Below, piece after piece: positions 1 through 10,300 of a stretch of 64,000 bases of DNA. Origin of the DNA: the human T2T-CHM13v2.0 reference genome, Homo sapiens; assembly GCF_009914755.1 (NCBI RefSeq), contig NC_060946.1; one strand, written 5' to 3'. A program made the position numbers and the translations under genes. Each line of letters starts with the position of its first letter. Position 1 is the first letter of the stretch. The notes under the pieces are model-generated. The model saw only the letters and a list, made by a program, of their open reading frames with translations, was not told where the DNA came from and made no database searches.

Positions 1-9
1 TTGATACAT

Positions 10-225
10 GCTTTGTTCTTGGCACTATGTTAAGTACTGGACACATGCAACAATTTGGAATATCGTTACATTCAACCCTCACAATAGTCTGATGTATATG
101 TTATTAGTCCCGTATTAGAGATGATTAAACAAGATTGGAGGAAGAGAAGCACACAGCTGGAACCACACAGGTGGCACTGGGATTGGAAGCAGTTCTGTCT
201 CACCCTGGACCACCATTTCTATGCT
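10..225 (-). mobile_element. MIR SINE fragment
   Basis: 'ggcactatgttaagtac...aaccctcacaatagtctgatg...tattagtcccgtattagagatga' resembles the reverse-complement MIR core. Highly diverged. Confidence 0.6.
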
Positions 226-2004
226 GTGTCTCCACTAGAGGATCCTTTCTTTGGTTCTTCTAAGTCATTAGTCACCAATAATTTATCTCCAAACTGTAGG
301 TTTCACAGGAGGAGATGCCACTTGAAGCTTCATGGCTTAAAATGGAGATGGAATGTGGAATATGGTGGGAAGCACCGGGAGGAGTTTATTGATAAATTTC
401 AAGTACTTTGTGGGGCTCTGAAAGGCTGTCTTCAAATTCTTTGTCCTACTACCTCTTTCATTAGTTCAAATGTCATATGGGTATATCTTTTGGGCTAAAT
501 TAAGGAAAATCTCCATGAAAAGTAAAAAACAAACAAAAGAACCCCAAAAGAATGGAAAGAGATACTATGAAAAATCAACTCAGATTTCTCAGAGTTTTAT
601 TAACTCAAAGAAGCCTTGGTCCAGTTGGAAGAAGACAGAATTGATTTTGACAATCTCTAGCAAACCCTTTAGCATTCAATGCACTCTAGACCATGAGTAT
701 AAAGAAGTTCACTTAATAGGTTCACCAAATTAGTTAGTTTGTGTAGTTCAAAATGAAACAGACACACAGGACTGTGAGGTTTTGACAGGGGCGGAAGGCA
801 AGTCTGGGTCCAGTGAGCTCAGGCAGGCCATGAAGGGGCAGGGCAGGAAAAGGACGGTGCTAGGAGGCTGGGGAACTGGCCACCTCTGTGCTGGCTGAAG
901 ATGACAAAAATCAACACAGCTTTCTCCAAACGCTGCCCGTGCCTGATGGAATTAAACAGAGCTCTGAGAATGACAGCACCGGGGCCGAGGATGGGTCCTG
1001 AGCTGCCTACAGTCATCAACATCTTGGCCAGTGGCTATGCATTCAGGGGCAATTTGGCTAGCTTTCTTGATCCACACCAGAAAACTCGCTTTTGAAGTGG
1101 TTTGGAAAGCTCTAAAAGGGACGTGTTTCATGCTATTGGTATTGCTGCCAAAAAGAAAAGATTCTGCTTTTCATCAGCTGTTGATTTTTGCTCTCTGTAT
1201 TTCTCTAGCATCTGTTGCTGGTGGCCCTTGTTATGCTAACAAGTAGATAGTGTAGCTGCATAAGCAGAACAGAAAAGACTCTCCTGGATTCTCAGTTCCA
1301 GGCTGGCCTGGGAATAGGCTTAGGGATGTTTCAATGCTTCAATGCAGGTGAGCTGGAGATCTGTGGCAATTCTTTTGACATGAGGCTGGACATTCTTTAT
1401 AGCTTCCCCAGACACAGGAATTGGCAGGGCTTGAAAAAGAATCACTGGCAGGAGGTTCATTTTCTTTATTGCTACCTCCCCAGCCATAAAACTAAAAGCT
1501 TTTTACCTAAATCAGGTTAGCCATCTTGTGGGAGTAGGAGATCATTTCTTTCAGTCTTTCCCGATTGCAGTCTAGTCCTAGGATGGTTTGAACGGTCCGT
1601 TTGAATTTGAAGAGCTTTCTAATTGACGCTTCTCATCCCCTCTCCAACCAGTCTTATTTGGTGTCATCTGCCTTTCCCCTTCCTCCCTACCAAACCTCAG
1701 AGTCTTGAAACAAAAATCTTTGTATTGTAAACTTCATCATGCTAATTTCATCACTTCAAACGAACCTTCCCTTGTTTGAGTTTCCTGCAACTGTGTGACT
1801 TAGGGCTGTCGAACTCTTTCAAATACACAGGAAAATGGAAACCTCTTTTGGTGTCTAGTGATTGTATAATAAAATATTTTCAGATGCTAATCACATGCTT
1901 TGTGCTTTGTTAATGAATGAAAAGCTAAGGATATTCTTATTTGAAAGGTTTAAAAATATAATAACTGTCATTATATCTAATTCTGTCTACATTTCTGGTG
2001 TGAA

Positions 2005-2200
2005 ATGAGAAGTCAGGAGCCCTGCCATCTACACAGTGCATGGTTCTACCAGCTATTTCTGTGTCACTTCAAGCAAATCACTTCTTTACTGCCTTTTATT
2101 TCTTTTTATGTAAAATGTGGATAACTCTCTCTCTCACTGAATTCACAGTGACTGTATTATGTACAACAAAATGTATTGAAAAGCATAAAGCTCTATAATT
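2005..2200 (+). mobile_element. MIR SINE fragment
   Basis: 'tgtgtcacttcaagcaaatcacttc...tttttatgtaaaatgtggataa' matches the MIR core pattern. Confidence 0.5.
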
Positions 2201-2289
2201 AGGTAGAATGTTTCCTGTGATTTATAAGCTTTTTAAATCCTGGGGCAGTGGAGGAAGTATTCCTCTTACTGTAAAAGGACATCCCTCTA

Positions 2290-2620
2290 ATAATCTCCCT
2301 TCTTTTCCTGACTTTTCAGGGATTCTGTTCATTGCTTTTCCATTTGTCATCTGCATCTTCAATCTCTCTCCTTCTTGATGCATTCTGTCAGCATTTAAAT
2401 ATAAATTTTTCATTTAAAAAATCTTCTATCTTGGAGGAACCTTAACTTTGATGCTGTGTGTCTTTCTAGCTATCAAGCCATCTCCTCCTTTCTTAGAAAA
2501 TTTTTCTCAAGGATTTTCCACATTTACTATCTCCTTTTGCTCATTTTCCTTTCACTCTTTATTCAGATCAGTTTGGCTTTCACTTTCACCAAGCCTATGA
2601 AACTTCTTGTGCTAAGGTCA
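2290..2620. mobile_element. L2 LINE fragment (probably continued after the MLT1/L1/MER30 insertions)
   Basis: Pyrimidine-rich diverged sequence with L2-like motifs, e.g. 'tttcaccaagcctatgaaacttcttgtgctaaggtcacca'. Confidence 0.4.
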
Positions 2621-2624
2621 CCAT

Positions 2625-2968
2625 ATAAGAGTGCTAGGGGTTTCCATCACAAGCTGCCACAGATTGAGTGGTTTATCTTCTCACAGCTCTGAAGACTGGA
2701 AATCCAGGATGGAATGTCAGCAGGTTTGCCTTCTTCTGAGAACTGCTGCCTTGCAGATGCCTCCCTTCCTGCTGTGTCCTCAGGCTGTGTTGACTGTGTC
2801 TCAATCTATTTTTACATGGACACCTGCCATATTGGTGTAGGGTCCACCCATGTGGCTTCATTTGACCTCACTTACCTCTTTGAATGCCTTCTCTAAATCA
2901 GTACCCTCTGAGGCAGTGGGGATCAGCTCTTCAACATAGGAATCTGGGGGGACACAATTCAGCGCCCC
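2625..2968 (-). mobile_element. MLT1 (MaLR) solo LTR
   Basis: 'ccacagattgagtgg...tctcacagctctgaagactggaaatccagg...ttcaacataggaatctggggggacacaattcagc' is typical MLT1 sequence. Confidence 0.65.
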
Positions 2969-3002
2969 CAGAATTGGTGATTCCTAAACATCATGACACT
3001 AT

Positions 3003-3019
3003 TCTTCTTTCTCTCTTTC

Positions 3020-3084
<65 letters not shown>

Positions 3085-3290
3085 TCTCTTTCTTTCCTCT
3101 TTCTTTTTTTCTCCCTTCCTTCCTTCCCTCCCTTTCCTTTGCTTTCCTCGCTCTCCCTTCTTTGTTTCCTTCCCTTCCCTTTCCTTTCATTTCCTTTCCT
3201 TTCCCTTCCCTTCCCTTCCTTTCCTCGCTCTCCTTTCCTTCTTTCCTTTCCTCACTCTTCCTTCCTTCCTTCTCTCTCTTTCTCCCTTCC
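3003..3290. repeat. (TTTC)n/(TTCC)n polypyrimidine microsatellite, probably grown from the poly(A) tail of the adjacent antisense L1
   Basis: Directly visible tandem TTTC, then TTCC/TTCCC units. Confidence 0.95.
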
Positions 3291-3415
3291 ATTTATTTAC
3301 TTTTGTTTATATAAAATTTATGGGATACATGTGCAATTTTGTTCCATGCATAGTGGTCAGTTCAAAGCTATTAGGGTATCCATCACCCAAGTAACATATA
3401 TTGTACATATTATGT
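3291..3415 (-). mobile_element. L1 (L1MA-type) 3' end fragment
   Basis: 'tttatgggatacatgtgcaattttgtt...tagggtatccatcacccaagtaacatatattgtac' is the antisense 3' terminus of L1MA. Confidence 0.65.
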
Positions 3416-3576
3416 AATATATAAGTCCAATGGGGTCTCAGGAACATTCGGTAGAGTAGACCCCTGACCTCTTCCTCTAGCTTGAAATATTTTCTTATCA
3501 GCTTCTCCCTCTTTGCCCAAACTTTAAATGTTGAACTTCCTAAATCCTGGGTCCTCTTCTGTTCTTTTTCCATATG

Positions 3577-3795
3577 AAGCTCGTCCAACCCATGGCCTGT
3601 GGGCCACATGTGACCCAGGACAGCTTTGAATGCAGCCAACACAAATTTGTAAACATTCTTCAAACATTATAAGATATTTTATGATTTTTTTTAGCTCATC
3701 AGATATTGTTAATGTTAGTATATTTTATGTGTGGCCCAAGACAATTCCTCTTCTTCGAATGCAGTCAGGGAAGCCAAAAGATTGGACAACCCTGC
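3577..3795. mobile_element. MER30 (hAT-Charlie) DNA transposon
   Basis: 'gtccaacccatggcctgtgggccacatgtgacccaggacagctttgaatgcagcc...gccaaaagattggacaaccctg', with inverted ends gtccaa/ttggac. Confidence 0.75.
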
Positions 3796-3799
3796 CTAC

Positions 3800-4430
3800 A
3801 CAGACTCTAGACAAAGTTTTATTAATTTCTATGGCTTTAGATACCATTTATATGCATATGGCTCCTACAGACCTCTCCTCCCAAGCTCCAAAACATTATG
3901 TGCACCTGCCATCTTGAAATCTCCACTGGGATTTTCACAGGCATTCCTAAAATCAGAATTCAGAACTCTTTAGTTCTGCCTGCACATCTATGCCACTTCC
4001 TCAATCATTTACCTTTTGTTAGTTTATTTCTTCTTCAACCTTACCATTCTTCATAAAAATTATCTCCATTTACCCATTTGCTTCTTCCAAAAAGCATCAT
4101 CATCCTTGATGCTTTCTTCTTCCTGCAACCCCCCTAGCATCACAACTTGCAACCAAGTACTGTTATTTCACCTTCAAAATATGTGCGAAAATTATCCGCT
4201 TCTGTCATCCGCATCTTTCACCTCATCTGCAAACATATACTCCTCTTTCCAACTTTTTGCCTCTCCAATACCTTCTCTATGGCACACCCAGAGGTTCTTC
4301 AAAAATTTCAATTAGATCATGTCTCTCCTTCGTTTAAAAATCTTTAATGATTTTCTATCCACGAAATAATTCTGCTAGACTGCAAGCTGTAAAGATACAA
4401 GGACTAGGTTTGCCTTATTTGTTTCTGTTT
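3800..4430. mobile_element. L2 LINE fragments
   Basis: L2-like motifs 'ccatttatatgc...ctctcctccc', 'atcatccttgatgc', 'ttagatcatgtctctcct', 'ctagactgcaagct'. Confidence 0.5.
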
Positions 4431-4639
4431 ATGCAGAGCTTAGCCTTGCATTTAGTAGGAACTTAACACATTGACCTAGATCTTGTCCACCTTCTCAGCC
4501 TCACCTCTCATGGAAGAACTCATAGACCTCAGTACAGTTACTCTTTTCTCAGATCCCTGAGCTGGCCTGGTCCAGGGCTGCCTTGGCCGTGATGCATTCA
4601 CTCCTGCTTTGTTGGCTGGTATCTGCTTATATTCTTGCT

Positions 4640-4790
4640 ACTGTAACTGATGTCCAAGGCAGTCACATAGGCATCCCTGGGAGCTTGCTAGAGCTCAGGC
4701 ACCACCCTAGATTCAATGAATCAGAATCTGCATGTTGACAAGGTCCCCAGGTGTTTCATATGCACATTCAAGTTTATGGTGCTTTGCTCT
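4640..4790. mobile_element. MER5A DNA transposon fragment
   Basis: 'gcatccctgggagcttgctaga...aatcagaatctgcatgttgacaaggtccccaggtgtttcatatgcacattcaagttt'. Confidence 0.7.
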
Positions 4791-5244
4791 AGATCCCAGG
4801 CTGAGTGTTAGTTCTTTAAAGAGAACTTTCCCAACTGGCCAAATCGTATTAGGTCATGTGATGGATTCACCCACACGGTCTGTGATACAGAAGGGAAAAA
4901 GAGTTAAGGCCTATTGATCAGAAGCTGCTCACTTTAGAGTTTTACCTAAGGGTGATCTTATCAAAAAGTTCTGGATTTTGTAGAGAAGCATACAAAGGAT
5001 GTGAATAGTTTGACTTGAGCAAATTGAAAATTGCCAGTTTTGTTTGCTCTAACCAATATGTTTGCTTTCCCTCTGAAAATCCCTTGTTACAGGTCTTTAG
5101 TTTTAGTTTGCCACATTATGACACAATGGGAATAATGCACGGCAGGGATCCTCAGTTGGTTTGGGTTTTCAATAGATAATTGATCCATGGTTGTGGCATG
5201 CATTGTAGAATGTCCAGCTAGAACACCTATTCTTTCAATTACTT

Positions 5245-5292
5245 TCATTACTTTCAATGGCAAAACCACAATTACTTTTGCACTAACCTGAT
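5245..5292. mobile_element. MADE1 (mariner-derived) partial element
   Basis: 'cattactttcaatggcaaaaccacaattacttttgcactaacctgata' matches one half of MADE1. Confidence 0.7.
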
Positions 5293-6180
5293 AGCTTTGC
5301 TACAAGTCAGTTGTTCGGTTTCTTTGTTGTTGTTTGTTTTTATTTTTGCAAACACTTTAGATACTGCATAGTGGATGGATTAGTTTGTGGTTCCTGGGAT
5401 CTTCTGTGTATTCTGTTGAAGCGCAATAATCACATTACTGCGGACCTCCAAAATTTTACAAAGGACTGCATAGTGAGTATTCAGCCGATAAACTAAACCA
5501 CAGCTTATTACTCTGAGATGAAAGAAAGCACTCCAATTAAAAGTAAACACTGTTTAAACTTATCTCAATGCATTTCTAAAGTGTCATACATTTATTATAT
5601 TCTCTACTTGTAAAATATTTTGTTGTGTGTATTGCCAAGTATTTCAGGATTTTATGGGTATAATGTATTCTATTAATTTAACTGGAAAACTTGTAGTTAT
5701 TCAACAAGCAAACTAAAAGTGTTGGCAGAGATGTAATTCTAAAGCACGATCCCACGCATTCCTTCAGTATTACAGCTGTTCCTTGTTTGTTTAATAATAG
5801 AACTGATGAGTAGTTAATTTGAGAGGAAAGCTGGTGCAGGTGTAGTGTTATTTAGATGTCATGGAGGACACATGTAACATCTGCAGCTAGCTATATGGTA
5901 AAAGCAAAACAGAAGTTAAAATCAGCCCTGTGTCAAATCTGCATAGTTTTAGGCTTCAGGGAGTTTCTCTGTATGTTGAGGCAGAAAGTTTAGTAGAATT
6001 CCAAGGGAATAAAAGAGGAACCAACATTTGTAGATTTTGCCTTCTGTGGCGGAACTCATTCAATCTTCAGGAGAACACTTCAACGGTTGTATTTGCTCCA
6101 GTTTACCTAGATGAAAAATTGAGACCCAGAATCCATGCTTTTCTTTCCTGGTTACACATTAGAATCACCAATGTGGCATT

Positions 6181-6183
<3 letters not shown>

Positions 6184-6215
<32 letters not shown>
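6184..6215. repeat. (CA)n microsatellite
   Basis: Directly visible. Confidence 0.95.
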
Positions 6216-6221
<6 letters not shown>

Positions 6222-6267
6222 CCCATTAGGATGGCTACTATCAAAAATAAAAAACAAAAAAATCAGG

Positions 6268-6445
6268 TGCCAGGCACGCTGGTTCACACCTGTAATCCCA
6301 GCCCTTTGGGATCACCTGAGGTTGGGAGTTTGACAGCAGCCTGGTCAACATGGTGAAACCTCATCTGTACCAAAAAAATAAAAAAATAAACAAAACAAAA
6401 AACAACACACACACACACACAATTAGTCGGGCATGGTGGCACACC
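6268..6445 (+). mobile_element. Alu, 3'-truncated: left arm (short internal deletion), A/CA-expanded linker and first ~20 nt of the right arm
   Basis: 'gccaggcacgctggttcacacctgtaatcccagc...aacatggtgaaacctcatct...aattagtcgggcatggtggcacacc' ends abruptly at the LTR. Confidence 0.85.
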
Positions 6446-7319
6446 ATTCTGCCTTGAGATTCTGTTAATCTATGACCTTACCCCCAACCCCGTGCTCTCT
6501 GAAATATGTGCTGTGTCAAACTCAGGGTTAAATGGATTAAGTGTTGTGCAAGATGTGCTTTGTTAAACAGTTGCTTGAAGGCAGCATGCTCCTTAAGAGT
6601 CATCACTACTCCCTAATCTCAAGTACCCAGGGACACAAAAACTGCGGAAGGCCGCAGGGAACTCTGCCTAGGAAAGCCAGGTAGTGTCCAAGGTATATCC
6701 CCATGGGATAGTCTGAAATATGGCCTTATGGGAAGGGAAAGACCTGACCGTCCCCCAGCCCGACACCCGTAAATGGTCTGTGCTGAGGAGGATTAGTATA
6801 AGAGGAAGGCATGCCTCTTGCAGTTGAGACAAGAGGAAGGCATCTGTCTCCTGCCCGTCCATGGGCAATGGAATGTCTCGGTATAAAACCCGAATGTACG
6901 TCCCATCTACTGAGATAGGGAAAAACCGCCTTAGGGCTGGAGGTGGGACATGCGGGCAGCAATACTGCTTTGTAAAGCATTGAGATGTTTATGTGTATGC
7001 ATATCTAAAAGCACAGCACTTGATTCTTTACCTTGTCTATGATGCAAAGACCTTTGTTCACGTGTTTGTCTGCTGACCCTATCCCCACTATTGTCTTGTG
7101 ACCCTGACACATCACCCTCTCGGAGAAACACCCACAAATGATCAATAAATACTAAGGGAACTCAGAGGCTGGCGGGATCCTCCATATGCTGAACGCTGGT
7201 TCCCTGGGTCCCCTTATTTCTTTCTCTATATTTTGTCTCTGTGTCTTTTTCTTTTCCATGTCTCTCATTCCACCTAACAAGAAAAACCCACAGGTGTGGA
7301 GGGGCAACCCACCCCTTCA
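6446..7319 (+). mobile_element. HERV-K(HML-2) LTR (LTR5_Hs-type) lacking about the first 95 bp; probable K111/K105-family LTR
   Basis: Close match to the recalled LTR5_Hs consensus from 'ttctgccttgagattctgttaatc' to the 3' end 'ggggcaacccaccccttca'. Followed directly by GAATTC and CER satellite. Confidence 0.92.
6882..7149 (+). promoter_or_regulatory. LTR5 regulatory motifs: TATAAAA (6882-6888), OCT4-type ATGCAAAG (7042-7049), poly(A) signal AATAAA (7144-7149)
   Basis: Motifs are visible at the positions expected in LTR5_Hs. Activity cannot be shown from sequence. Confidence 0.6.
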
Positions 7320-10300
7320 GAATTCTATGTGAGGGAGAAAATTCAGACCCCAGCAGCAGTGTTCTGGAATCCGACGTGAGGGACAATCACTCAGACACTC
7401 GTATCAGTGTTCTGCAATTCTGTGTGAGGACGAACATTCAGACCACAACAGGGATGTTCTGGAATCCTATGTGAGGGACAAACATTCGGACCCCAGATGT
7501 AGTGTTTTCGAATACTATGTGTGGGACAAACATTCAAACAACGGCGGGAGAATTATGGAATTCTATGTTTCGGACAAACATTCAGACCCTCGTAGCATTG
7601 TTCTGGAATCCTATGTGACGGACTAACATTTAGACCCTGCAGCAGTGTTCTGGAAACCTATGTGATGGACATGCATGTAGACCCCAGCAGCAGTGTTCTG
7701 GAATCCTATGTGATTGACAAATGTTCAGACCCCCGCAGCAGTGTTCTGGAATCCTATGTGATTTGCAATCATTCAGACCCTCATAGCAGTGCTCTGGAAT
7801 TCTGTGTGAGGGACAAGCATTCAGACCCTCTTAGAAGTTTTCTGGAATCCTATGTGAGGGACAAACATTCAGACCCCTGCAGCAGTGTTCTGGCATCGAT
7901 GTAAGGGACAATCATTCAGACCCACACAGCACTGTTCTGGAATTCTGCTTCAGGGCCAACATTCAGACCACAAAAGGAGTGTTCTGGAATCACCTGTGAG
8001 GAACAAACTTTCAGAACCCCGTAGCAGTGTTCTGGAATCCTATGTGTCAGACAAACATTTAAACCCCAGCAACAGTGTTCTGGAATCTTATGTGAGGGAG
8101 AAATATTCAGACAATCGTAGCAGTGTTCTGGAATCCTGTGTAAGGGACAAACTTTCTGATCCAAGCAGCAGTGTTCTGGAATCCTATGTGAGGGACAAAC
8201 ATTCAAACAACAGCGGGAGTGTTCTGGAATCCTATGTTACAGACAAACATTCAGGTTCTCGTCACAGTGTTCTAGAATTCTCTGTGAGGGAGAAACACTC
8301 AGAACCCAGCTGCAGTGTTCTGGAATCCTATGTAGTGGACATACATGTAGACCCCAGAAGCAGTGCTGTGGAATGCTGCGTGAGGAACAATCATTCAGAC
8401 CCCAGCAGCAGTGTTCTGGAATATTGCTTGAGGGACAATCATTCAGACCCTCGTAGCAGTGTTCTGGAGTCCAGTGTGAGGGACAAATATTCAGATCACA
8501 ACAGGAGTATTCTGGAATCCCCTATGAAGAACAAACATTCAGGCTATCGTAGCAGTGTTCTGGAATCCTATGTGACTGACAAACATTGAGACCCCAGCAG
8601 CAGTGTTCTGGAGTGCTACGTGAGGGACAAACATTCAGACACTAGTAGCAGTGTTCTGGAATCCTATGTGAGGGACAAACACTAAGAACCCAGCAGCATT
8701 TTTCTGGGTCCCTATGTGAGGGACAAATACTCGGAACACAGCTTCAGTGTTTTGCCATTTTATGTGAGGGACAAACATTCAGACCCTCATAGAAGTGTTC
8801 TGGAATCCTATGTGAGGGACAAACTTTCCGACAATTATAACAGAGTTCTGTAATCCTACGTTAAGGACAAATATTCAGACACTCGTAACAGTGTTCTGGA
8901 ATCGTATGTGAGGGACACACATTCAGACAATTGTAGCAGTGTTTTGGAATCCTATGTGAGGGACAAACATTCAGAAGCCAGCACAAGTGTTCTGGAATCT
9001 TCTGTGAGGGAAAAACATTCAATCAACAGCGGGAGTGTTCTGGAATCCTATGTTATGGACAAACATTCAGATGCTCATCGCAGTGTTCTGAAATTGTATG
9101 TGAGGGAGGAACACTGAGAACCCAGCAGCAGTTTTCTGGAATCCTATATGATGGATGTACTTGTAGACCCCAGCAGCAGTGTTCTAGAATCCTATGTGAG
9201 GGACAAACATTCAGACCTTCGTCGAATTGTTCTGGAATCCTATAAGAGGGACAAACACTCAGAAACCAGCAGCAGCATTCAGGAACCCTATGTGAGGGAC
9301 AAACATTCAGACAACAGCAGGATTGTTCTGGACTCCTATGTGAGTAACATACACTCAGAAAACAGCAGGAGTGTTTTGGAATCCTATGTAAGGGACAAAC
9401 ATTCAGATCCTCATAGCAGTGTCCTGGATTTCTGCGTGAGGGACAAACATTCAGACCCCCATAGCAGTGTTCTGGAATCCTATGTTAGAGAGAAACATTC
9501 AGACCACAGCAGGAGTGTTCTGGAATCTCCTGTGAGGAACAAACATTCAGACTCCCCTAACAGTGTTCTGAAATCTTATGTGACTGACAAACATTTAGAC
9601 GCCAGCAGCAGTATTCTGGAATGCAATGTGAGGGACAAATATTGAGACCCTCGTAGCAGTGTTCTGGTATCCTATCTGAGAGACAAACTCTCAGAACCAA
9701 GCAGCGGTGTTCTGGAAAATTATGTAAGGGATAAGGATTCAGACCAGATCTGGTATGCTCTGGAATTCTATGTGAGGAACAAACTCTCAGAATACTGCAG
9801 GAGTGTTTTGGAATCCTATGTGAGGGACAAACATTCAGACCCTCGTAGCAGTGTTCTGGAATCCCATGTGATTGACATTCAGACCACAGCAGGAGTGTTC
9901 TGGAATCCCCTGTGAGGACCCAACATTCAGACCTCTGTAGCAGTGTTCTGGAATCCTAAGTGAGAGACAAACATTTAGACCCCAGCAGCAATGTTCTGGA
10001 ATCCTATGTGAGGGACAAACATTCAGACCCTCGAAGCAGTGTTCTGGAATCCAATGTGTGGGATAAACATTCAGACAATAGTAGCAGTGTTCTGTAATCC
10101 AATGTGAGGGACACACATTCAGGCCCTCGTCGGAATGCTTTGAATTCTATGTGAGGGACAAACACTGAGACAATCTTAGTACTATTCAGGAATCCTCTGT
10201 GAGGTACAAATTTTTAGACCACAGCAGAAGTGTTCTGCAATCCTATTTGAGGGACAAACATTCAAACAACAGAGGGAATCTTCTGGAATCCTATGTTACG

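Noticed and set aside
121-1520. Short ORFs in the left unique region
   Set aside because: No recognisable protein similarity or exon structure; lengths are as expected by chance.
2884-3417. Phe/Leu/Ser-rich and Lys/Glu/Arg-rich ORFs
   Set aside because: These are translations of the (TTTC)n microsatellite.
6446-7319. SVA SINE-R domain or full HERV-K provirus
   Set aside because: The LTR continues through U5 to its CA end and keeps the segment deleted in SINE-R. No VNTR, PBS, gag or env is adjacent.
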